Positions 17,086 to 24,730 of a DNA stretch of 64,000 bases are shown here, in pieces (positions within the stretch are counted from its first letter, which is position 1; the number at the start of each line of letters is the position of its first letter). This stretch comes from Oscillospiraceae bacterium (GTDB lineage: Bacteria > Bacillota > Clostridia > Oscillospirales > SIG627). The notes under the pieces were generated by a model that did not search any database, was not told the DNA's origin, and saw only the letters and a list, made by a program, of their open reading frames with translations. The position numbers were made by a program, and so were the translations under genes. The stretch is from positions 10,236 to 74,235 of the forward strand of contig JAYFRN010000006.1 of assembly GCA_034925865.1 (NCBI GenBank). The letters are read 5' to 3'.

Positions 17086-18024
17086 ATGCTTGAACCGGGC
17101 TACGGAAATACCGGAATGTTCAGAGGGCGTCTATTATGCTGCGTCGGAGGAAAATACAAGGTATTCGACGGGAACAGCATCATAGGATGCGAAGCCAGAG
17201 GTATATTCAGACATAATAACCTCTCCCCTGTAGCGGGGGACGAGGTTATTTGTATTCGCGGACAAAACAATGAAAACACAGCTGTAATAAACGAGGTTCT
17301 TCCGCGAAAAAACCTCTTGCCGCGCCCTCCGGTATCAAATATCGATGTTTTGTTTATTGTGTGCGCAAGCTCTGAACCGGAGCCGTCGGTGCTTGGAATC
17401 GACAAGCTTACCGTCATAGCCGCTCATCTTTCTATAAAGCCCATACTGATTATAAATAAAACTGAAATAAATCCGGTAAAAGCGTCCGAACTTTTTGATA
17501 TATATTCTTTTTCGGGAATTAATACATTTTTATTCCAGGAAAACACTCATGATGAAGTAAAAGCTGCTCTGCTCCCTTTAATAGAAGGAAATGTTTGTAC
17601 ATTCGCGGGAGAAAGCGGAGTCGGCAAATCAACGCTCCTCAATTCACTTTTCGGAGAAGATATTTCAAAAACTTCTGTTTTGAGTGACAAAAGTAAAAGA
17701 GGGCGTCAGACAACACGCGAAAGTGTTTTATATCCGATTTCTTTTTGTAAAAGCCCTTCTTTTTTGGCGGATACTCCCGGTTTCTCGCTTCTTGATTTTG
17801 AAAAGAACTCATTTGTGGATAAATATGAGCTTGCCCAGTGTTTTTCTGATTTTATTTCTTTTACAGATAAATGTAAATATAATAAATGCTCGCATACGGT
17901 TGAGGAAGGATGCGCCGTGCTTGAAGCGGTAAGAGAAGGAAAAATTAAGAAAACCCGCCATGAAAGCTATATGTATTTATATAATTGTGTAAAAAATTTT
18001 AAACCTTGGGAAAAGAGGTCATAG
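17086..18024 (+). CDS. rsgA: Ribosome small-subunit-dependent GTPase A
   Basis: NKTE (NKxD-like), AGESGVGKSTLLN P-loop, C-terminal zinc knuckle CKYNKCSHTVEEGCAV. AGGAG SD 9 nt upstream of ATG 17086. Confidence 0.88.
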   Translation: MLEPGYGNTGMFRGRLLCCVGGKYKVFDGNSIIGCEARGIFRHNNLSPVAGDEVICIRGQNNENTAVINEVLPRKNLLPRPPVSNIDVLFIVCASSEPEPSVLGIDKLTVIAAHLSIKPILIINKTEINPVKASELFDIYSFSGINTFLFQENTHDEVKAALLPLIEGNVCTFAGESGVGKSTLLNSLFGEDISKTSVLSDKSKRGRQTTRESVLYPISFCKSPSFLADTPGFSLLDFEKNSFVDKYELAQCFSDFISFTDKCKYNKCSHTVEEGCAVLEAVREGKIKKTRHESYMYLYNCVKNFKPWEKRS

Positions 18025-18206
18025 TCACAAATAAATAAAGATATAATTATATCATGTTTTTGTATTTCCTTTGCTTAATATTACAATTCTAATATCTATA
18101 TATAGTGTTTCAAAGACTTTTTTATTTCATTATTTTATATTTTCCGATTTGACACAATAATATTTTTTATTGTATTAATGCTATAATTATAATATAAAAT
18201 CACAAT

Positions 18207-18221
18207 TGTACAATTTGTACA
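18207..18221. promoter_or_regulatory. Possible operator: two TGTACA palindromic hexamers spaced by ATT
   Basis: TGTACAATTTGTACA lies ~35 nt upstream of the -35 of the surface-protein promoter. Confidence 0.25.
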
Positions 18222-18254
18222 TTTTTTTCATTTAATTTTTGTTCATATCGACTG

Positions 18255-18283
18255 TTGCAATTTATTCATACACATGTTACAAT
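18255..18283 (+). promoter_or_regulatory. SigA-type promoter candidate for the surface-protein gene
   Basis: TTGCAA (18255-18260), 17-nt spacer, TACAAT (18278-18283). It overlaps the ORF-track start at 18274, which supports the internal start at 18313. Confidence 0.5.
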
Positions 18284-18312
18284 ATATTCAGAAATTTTAT
18301 AGGAGGATATCT

Positions 18313-20802
18313 ATGAAAAAGACTTTTGCATTACTCATTGCCATCGTCATGATAGCTTCTCTGTGCGCATTTCAGGTAAGCGCAGCCGGAAAGGTTGTTT
18401 ATGTCGGCGGCGATCCAACTCTTGAAGAAAAAGGCACCGGAACACAAGATGATCCTTTTTCAAAGCTCTCTCTTGCGATCAAAGCACTTCCGCAAGGCGG
18501 CGAAATCGTTCTCTTAAACGACATTGACCTCGGATACGAATACACCAATGACAAAACCAAACCAGCTCCTACGGCAGATACAATCGGTAATTCATCCGAT
18601 ACTGCTTTTCATTGCAGAAACCCATTTCATACCGGATATATTACAATCCGCAGTGAATCATCCAGTGATGTAAAAAATATTGTTTTTACATGTCACAGAG
18701 ATTTTACATCCTGGGTAATGGGTGGTCCGACGATATTTAAGGATGTAAAATTCAGTTTTTCAGCAATCGGTGGTTATAAGAGGATCTATTCAAACGGATT
18801 CCCGCTTATATTAGACTCAGGTACCACTGGTGAAGGAACTTATTTCTATCCCGGAATAAGCCCCTATACAACCGATGAAGATAAAGCTTCAAGAATCGTG
18901 ACAAAATCTGATATCATATTCAAAGACGGTAATTGGAATTATCTTTTCGGCGCTCAGGCGACCAACTGCGCCAGCGATCTTGTTTCAAATTATTATGTAA
19001 TAGGAAAAGCTTCTATCGTCGGATATGCTTCTGTCGGTCCGATGTTTGGAGTTTCTTTCAAAGAAGCAAACCTCTATGTGGATACTACAGGAGCGGTCGC
19101 TACTGTTCATTCAGCATATCAAGGTAAAGACGGAACCGTAAATATCTATATCAGAAACGGCTCAGTCGGAACTCTCAACTGCGCCACACAAAGCGGCGGC
19201 ACACTTAAAGCTGTCAACGTTTATATTTCCGGCGGAGATGTCACCACGGCTCTCAACGGAAAATGCGACGTTGCCGAATCGACAAATCTCTTTCTCGGCA
19301 AGGGCTTTAAACCAACTGCCACCGCAGCTGATTTTACATCGACAAATGAATCCACAATTTTCTATGTAGACGGAGCTCTCGGTCATGCAGATTCCGGAGA
19401 CGGCAGCCATGGCAATCCTTTTGCAAAAATTTCTCAGGCTATAAAAGCAATAGGCGACAATGACGGCACAGTTGTTCTTCTCTCTGATGTTGACCTTGCA
19501 TACGAAATGTATGAAACTCCCAACGGAAGCGATGATACAGTTAAAACTCATATTTTCAATCCTAAACACAAGGGAACCATAACAATTCTTGGCACTTCCT
19601 GCGAAGCTCCCACAAATATCAAGATGACCGCTCATCGTTGGTATGCTTCCTGGAATATGGGCGGAAACACAATTTGCTACAACATAGGAATATTTGGTAA
19701 CTGTTCATATTATCAGATCTTTAACAATGGTTATGACCTTACTTTTGATTATAACTGCACAACTGCCGGCGGTGCGACATATTTTTACACCGGTAATTCT
19801 CCTTATCTTTCCGATGAAGACACCGCGGCTCTCGACGGCAAATATACCGGCGGATCGCTCACTTTTAAAACCGGTACATGGAATTACATTTTCGGGCCGA
19901 AGAAAACCGCTATTGCTGAAGTGTCCGAAGGCGAAACCCCGGCTGATAATTTCAACGAAGATGTCAGCACTGCAAATAATATACTCGGTGATGCTGTGTT
20001 CTCAGGTTATATTGAGCTGGGCGGAATGGATAATGTCAACGTCAACAAAGTAACTTTGAACTGCAACACCGCAGGCACTATCGGAACTCTGCATGTCGGT
20101 TATGCCGGCAACATAAAGGAATGCAGACTCAACCTTCTTAGCGGTACTATCGACAAAGCAGCTCTCGGCAGCGTAAGCGCTGAAGGTTTAACCTGCGATA
20201 AGATGATCCTTAATCTTCGCGGCGGCGATATAACAACTCAGTTTGATCTCATTGATACCAAGCCTTTCACTTTCGGTGAAGCAATCGCGTATGTAGCAGA
20301 CGGAATAAAATACACCGCTACAGCCGGCGAGGGTATTACTCTTAAGACCGGAAATCTCCCCGCTACAGTCTCTCTTGACAAGACATCATATAAACCCGGT
20401 CAAGCAATCACTGTTTCCTTCACAGATGCTTCCGCAAAAGACTGGGTTGGAATTATTAAGAAGGGTCACACCCCCGGAGAAACCGCCATCGACAATGATA
20501 TGGGCGGCAAAACATTCGGATCTGCTCTCATGTGGGCTTATATAAGCGGCGAAGGACAAGTAGTTCTTACCGCTGAATCTGAAGGCTGTCTCAAAGATCT
20601 CGAAAAGATCGAGCTTCCTGTCGGCGATTACATCCTCTTCTACGCTCAGAACGACAGCTATGCAGTAACTCAGTCTATCGAATTCAAAGTAAGCAATGAA
20701 ACCGCTCCTACCGAGACCGGCGATATGACATATATTCTCATCGCCGCAATCATTTTATCAGCAATAGCAGCAGCCGTTGTTGTTAAGAAGCAGAGATCAT
20801 AA
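18313..20802 (+). CDS. Large secreted cell-surface protein: signal peptide, two diverged ~320-aa repeats, Ig-like C-terminal domain, C-terminal TM anchor
   Basis: AGGAGG SD at 18301. Signal peptide MKKTFALLIAIVMIASLCAFQVSAAG. Internal duplication is visible in the translation. C-terminus is ETGDMTYILIAAIILSAIAAAVVVKKQRS. Confidence 0.8.
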   Translation: MKKTFALLIAIVMIASLCAFQVSAAGKVVYVGGDPTLEEKGTGTQDDPFSKLSLAIKALPQGGEIVLLNDIDLGYEYTNDKTKPAPTADTIGNSSDTAFHCRNPFHTGYITIRSESSSDVKNIVFTCHRDFTSWVMGGPTIFKDVKFSFSAIGGYKRIYSNGFPLILDSGTTGEGTYFYPGISPYTTDEDKASRIVTKSDIIFKDGNWNYLFGAQATNCASDLVSNYYVIGKASIVGYASVGPMFGVSFKEANLYVDTTGAVATVHSAYQGKDGTVNIYIRNGSVGTLNCATQSGGTLKAVNVYISGGDVTTALNGKCDVAESTNLFLGKGFKPTATAADFTSTNESTIFYVDGALGHADSGDGSHGNPFAKISQAIKAIGDNDGTVVLLSDVDLAYEMYETPNGSDDTVKTHIFNPKHKGTITILGTSCEAPTNIKMTAHRWYASWNMGGNTICYNIGIFGNCSYYQIFNNGYDLTFDYNCTTAGGATYFYTGNSPYLSDEDTAALDGKYTGGSLTFKTGTWNYIFGPKKTAIAEVSEGETPADNFNEDVSTANNILGDAVFSGYIELGGMDNVNVNKVTLNCNTAGTIGTLHVGYAGNIKECRLNLLSGTIDKAALGSVSAEGLTCDKMILNLRGGDITTQFDLIDTKPFTFGEAIAYVADGIKYTATAGEGITLKTGNLPATVSLDKTSYKPGQAITVSFTDASAKDWVGIIKKGHTPGETAIDNDMGGKTFGSALMWAYISGEGQVVLTAESEGCLKDLEKIELPVGDYILFYAQNDSYAVTQSIEFKVSNETAPTETGDMTYILIAAIILSAIAAAVVVKKQRS
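18391..19353 (+). repeat. Intragenic repeat unit 1 of the surface protein (protein-level, diverged)
   Basis: DPFSKLSLAIKALPQGGEIVLLNDIDLGYE, FYPGISPYTTDEDKA and FKDGNWNYLFG each have counterparts in unit 2. Confidence 0.7.
19354..20355 (+). repeat. Intragenic repeat unit 2 of the surface protein
   Basis: NPFAKISQAIKAIGDNDGTVVLLSDVDLAYE, FYTGNSPYLSDEDTA and FKTGTWNYIFG occur in the same order and spacing as in unit 1. Confidence 0.7.
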
Positions 20803-20815
20803 TTCGCTTAAATAA

Positions 20816-20845
20816 ATTACCGGAAGCTTTTCAGCTTCCGGTAAT
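20816..20845. terminator. Bidirectional rho-independent terminator between convergent genes
   Basis: Perfect 12-bp stem ATTACCGGAAGC/GCTTCCGGTAAT with a 6-nt loop. TTTTTA follows on the plus strand and TTTATTT on the minus strand. Confidence 0.85.
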
Positions 20846-20847
20846 TT

Positions 20848-23289
20848 TTATTCCCAAAACTCGTTTAATGCATCTTTTAAATCATCAATATCGGCAATAT
20901 GTTTTATATCATCCCAATCGTCAGGAAAAGCTTCTATATAGTCCTGCTGTCTGTATCTTGAATCGCAAAGTAATATGAATCCTCTGTCATCTTCGCTTCT
21001 GATAACTCTGCCGGCAGCCTGAAAGACACGGTTTAATCCCGGCAGATCATATGCGAGTCTTTTCCCTGTTTCTCCTCTTTCGTCATATAGTAATACCTGA
21101 GATTCCTTTTCTTTATTCGGAGGCACCAATCCAACTCCTACAATTATGGCACCGTAAAGAGCATCTCCAATCAGGTCTATTCCTTCAGAAAATATTCCGC
21201 CTAAAACAGCAAAACCGACCATTGAAATATTGCCTAAAGCAATCTGACGAAAGCTTGATACAAACGATTCTCTTTCAGAATTCGGCATATGCCTTTTTTG
21301 TACTATAATTTTATCATATGAAAAAAGTCTTTTGTAAACCGATACCGCATTTTCAAGGTAATCAAAAGACGGCATAAAAACAAGATAATTTCCATGCTTC
21401 ACATTAACTGCCGCGTTTATATATCTACAAAGATCAACAACAGTCGAATTTCTTGCCGAATATGTAGTTTCTATTTCTATGTCTGCAATCAATCGGTTTT
21501 CACGTGCATATGGCGATGGCAAATCAATAAAATTGTCAAAATCATTTCCGCCCAGTACGTTGAAATAATATTCGCTCGGCAGCAGAGTCGCAGAAAAAAA
21601 CACAGCATTTCCCCATTGCAGCACAATGCTTGAAATCCGTTCCGATGGATCGATAAGATATATTTTTAATGATCCGTCCGTATCATAAAGCGTCATATAG
21701 GTTCTGATATAGGATGATATTAATCTGTTTGAGCTTTTGCTATCAAGATTCCGAACTGTTTTCGCTATATCGGCTATAAAACAAAACCTTTTATATTTGA
21801 AATAAAGATCTTTTATCTTTTCATACGGATACGGCAATGTGTCATCTTCTGGATTCAACGTTATCAACCGTTTCAACAAAAGCTCAGAGAGCTTATATGC
21901 GTATATCACTGGTTCATCTTCAAGCTCAAATGAAAATAATTTGTTTTCTTCCTTTACAGCTTTTGCGGCAATTTTAAAATAATTAAGTAAATCCGAAGTA
22001 ATTTCCGCTTCCTGCTTAAATTTGTTTGATATTGCTTTATAAAATGACGAAATATCTGATTCGTCAAGTCTCGCGGACCAACATTCTCTTACTCTGTCAG
22101 GAAGGTTATGCGCCTCGTCTATAAGAAGGAAATAATTATCAGTATTCAACGCGTATCGCTTTATTGAAACAAATGGATCAAAAATATAATTGTAGTCGCA
22201 GATGACGATATCGCAATATTCAGAGGCGTCAAGCGCAAGCTCAAAAGGACATACTTTATATTTATCAGCAAAAAAGCCTATATCTTTTTCGCTGATATGT
22301 GTGTTTTGATTCAGCAGATTAAGTAATGCTTCATTTATCCGTGAGTAATGACCTGCTGCCTTTTCGCATAGCTCAGGAGTGCATTCATCAAACGGGCAGA
22401 GATCATGCTTTGACGCAAGGGTAATTGATTTTAATAAAGGCTTTCCGTTTTGGAGCGCATTAAGCGCATCCATTGCGGCGGCCCTTATACTGCTTCTTGG
22501 TGTTAAATAAAATATTTTATCTGTTTTTCCGGCCAGAAGTAATTTAATTGCCGGATACAGAGCAGAAATTGTCTTCCCTATACCGGTAGGAGCAGACGCA
22601 AACAACTTGTATTTATTTTTACCCGCTTTATATATTTCACGTATAAGCTCTTTTTGTCCGTCGCGGTATTTATCATACGGAAATTTAATTGTCTTATTAT
22701 TCAGTTCAGGATTTATATATCGCTTTGCAGCTATCAATGCAAAAGGAAGGTAAGCTTTGATCAGCGTATTAAAGAATTCGTTCAGCTCAGTAAATTCATT
22801 AACGCTTTCTCTGTATACTATTTCACCGCTGTTGACCGGCACATAACAAAGCCTGATATTACATCTTGATAGCTTTCTGGAAACGCAAAGCATGAAGGCA
22901 TAACATTTTGCCTGGGCAAGGTGAAGCGGGTTATACGGAACATTTTCTGCGGTACCTTTAACGCTTTTAATTTCATCTACGGTGTATTCGCCATTGTTCA
23001 ATGAAATGCCGTCGGCAATTCCGGACACAACAAATTCGATACAGTTATCAGCCAGGACAAACTTTGATTCAAGACGAACCTCAGCTCTGTAATTCTCGTT
23101 TTCAGATATCATATCCGATTCAAAACGAGAATGAACGTCCTTTCCTTCTTTGAGCCTGTCAGATGTATAAATTCCGCGACCGCCAATATCTCCAGAGCGA
23201 AGCAAGAAGCAGACAAGCTCTCCCACTGAAATATTGACAGTACATTTACATACAGATAATTCATCTGAAATAGATTTTCTGGTTTTCAT
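20848..23289 (-). CDS. Fusion protein: N-terminal PD-(D/E)XK (RecB/Cas4-like) nuclease domain plus XPD/DinG-family Fe-S DNA helicase
   Basis: 813 aa. Nuclease motifs GIADGI, VDEIK, QAKCY. Helicase motif I SAPTGIGKT, motif II DEAHNL. Four Cys in the Fe-S region (CPFDEC..C.., VCPFE, YCDIVICDYNY). C-terminal AAGRVIRSEDDRG. Confidence 0.8.
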   Translation of the reverse strand: MKTRKSISDELSVCKCTVNISVGELVCFLLRSGDIGGRGIYTSDRLKEGKDVHSRFESDMISENENYRAEVRLESKFVLADNCIEFVVSGIADGISLNNGEYTVDEIKSVKGTAENVPYNPLHLAQAKCYAFMLCVSRKLSRCNIRLCYVPVNSGEIVYRESVNEFTELNEFFNTLIKAYLPFALIAAKRYINPELNNKTIKFPYDKYRDGQKELIREIYKAGKNKYKLFASAPTGIGKTISALYPAIKLLLAGKTDKIFYLTPRSSIRAAAMDALNALQNGKPLLKSITLASKHDLCPFDECTPELCEKAAGHYSRINEALLNLLNQNTHISEKDIGFFADKYKVCPFELALDASEYCDIVICDYNYIFDPFVSIKRYALNTDNYFLLIDEAHNLPDRVRECWSARLDESDISSFYKAISNKFKQEAEITSDLLNYFKIAAKAVKEENKLFSFELEDEPVIYAYKLSELLLKRLITLNPEDDTLPYPYEKIKDLYFKYKRFCFIADIAKTVRNLDSKSSNRLISSYIRTYMTLYDTDGSLKIYLIDPSERISSIVLQWGNAVFFSATLLPSEYYFNVLGGNDFDNFIDLPSPYARENRLIADIEIETTYSARNSTVVDLCRYINAAVNVKHGNYLVFMPSFDYLENAVSVYKRLFSYDKIIVQKRHMPNSERESFVSSFRQIALGNISMVGFAVLGGIFSEGIDLIGDALYGAIIVGVGLVPPNKEKESQVLLYDERGETGKRLAYDLPGLNRVFQAAGRVIRSEDDRGFILLCDSRYRQQDYIEAFPDDWDDIKHIADIDDLKDALNEFWE

Positions 23290-24092
23290 TTAATTGTTAC
23301 GAAGTTTTTCAGAATACCTATACCTTCAATTTCAACTTCTATTATATCACCGGCTTTTATCTCTCCGATTCCGCTGGGTGTTCCTGTGGTGACAACATCG
23401 CCAGGCATTAGAGTCATACATGACGTAATGAATTCAAGCTGTTCATATACATTCCAACGCATATCTGATGTATTTGCCTTCTGAACTGTCTTTCCGTTAC
23501 GAACCGTTCTGATATTCAAGCACATAGGATCAACTTCAGTTTCAATCCATGGACCGAAGGGAGCAAAGGTATCAAATCCTTTTGCGCGTGTCCATTGACC
23601 ATCAATTTTTTGAATGTCACGTGCTGTCACATCGTTAAAGCAGGTATAGCCCAATATATAGTTATGTGCGTCAGATGCTTTAACGCTGCTTGCTTTTTGC
23701 GATATAATAAACGCCAGCTCACCCTCATAATCGATTCTTCCAAAACCATTCGGGATCCTGATATTGCCTAAATGATGGTTTACAGAGCTTGGAGGCTTCA
23801 GAAAAATGACCGGTGTCTCAGGCACTTCTCCTCCGATCTCAGCAATGTGTTCTTTATAACATTTGCCGACAGCGACGATCTTTGACGGCATTGAAGGAGA
23901 AAGGATTACTATATTGTCCGTTTGATCTGATATTGGCAGAATTTCACCTGTTTCGGTAAACCTAAGAAAATCCGTATCACAGCTTTTTTCTTTATTTAAA
24001 TATTCGCACACAGAGATTTTATCTCCAACGATTTTACCGTATAAAACCGTTTTCTTTTTTCCGTCATTATACTCAAAACGTACAATACGCAT
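23286..24092 (-). CDS. Fumarylacetoacetate hydrolase (FAH) family protein
   Basis: 268 aa. IDYEGELAFII, GYTCFNDVTARD, PGDVVTTGTPSGIG motifs. ATGA stop/start overlap with the helicase gene. Confidence 0.85.
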   Translation of the reverse strand: MRIVRFEYNDGKKKTVLYGKIVGDKISVCEYLNKEKSCDTDFLRFTETGEILPISDQTDNIVILSPSMPSKIVAVGKCYKEHIAEIGGEVPETPVIFLKPPSSVNHHLGNIRIPNGFGRIDYEGELAFIISQKASSVKASDAHNYILGYTCFNDVTARDIQKIDGQWTRAKGFDTFAPFGPWIETEVDPMCLNIRTVRNGKTVQKANTSDMRWNVYEQLEFITSCMTLMPGDVVTTGTPSGIGEIKAGDIIEVEIEGIGILKNFVTIK

Positions 24093-24106
24093 ATCTATTC
24101 TCCGTT

Positions 24107-24691
24107 TTATAAGTTATTCAGGATTTCAGACCATACATTCCCGCTTCCCTCTCCTGTAAGAGAAGAAAATGGTATCACTTTCGTGCCCGGACGGATGATA
24201 TCACTGTTTCGAAGCTCGTCTAGATTGATTTTTAGAATTGCTTTTGTTAGTTTATCAGATTTTGTGGCCGCAACAATATATGGTATGTCATGGTAATTCA
24301 TCCATGTAAACATATTGATATCATCTTTTGTCGCTCCGACTTTTATATCTATCAACTGTATAACGGCTTTAAGCTTGTCGTTTTCTTCGAAATAAGCTTC
24401 AACCAGATTAGACCACTTAAGCTGTTCTTCGTTGCTGCGCTGTGCATATCCATATCCGGGAAGATCCACAAAATATATCTTTCCGTCTATATTGTAATAA
24501 TTAATTGTAATCGTTTTCCCCGGCATTCCGCTTACGCGTGCAAAGTTTTTTCTGTTCAATAGTTTATTAATCAATGAACTTTTGCCTACATTTGAACGTC
24601 CCGAAAAAGCAATTTGATATAATCCGTCTCTTATCAGCTGCTCGGAAAATCCGGCGGAAATTGTCAGAGATACATTGTTTTTATTCATCAC
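24107..24691 (-). CDS. engB: Ribosome biogenesis GTPase YsxC/EngB
   Basis: GRSNVGKSSLIN P-loop, DLPGYGY, TKSDK motifs. Conserved position downstream of lon. Confidence 0.9.
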   Translation of the reverse strand: MMNKNNVSLTISAGFSEQLIRDGLYQIAFSGRSNVGKSSLINKLLNRKNFARVSGMPGKTITINYYNIDGKIYFVDLPGYGYAQRSNEEQLKWSNLVEAYFEENDKLKAVIQLIDIKVGATKDDINMFTWMNYHDIPYIVAATKSDKLTKAILKINLDELRNSDIIRPGTKVIPFSSLTGEGSGNVWSEILNNL

Positions 24692-24730
24692 TTCCTCCTG
24701 AAGCTTATTAAACGGTAAATAATAAGATTT

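Noticed and set aside
18025-18312. Possible invertible (phase-variable) promoter upstream of the surface protein
   Set aside because: No long inverted repeats flank the promoter and no site-specific recombinase is nearby. There is only a weak AT-rich hairpin (ACAATAA/TTATTGT around 18153-18176).
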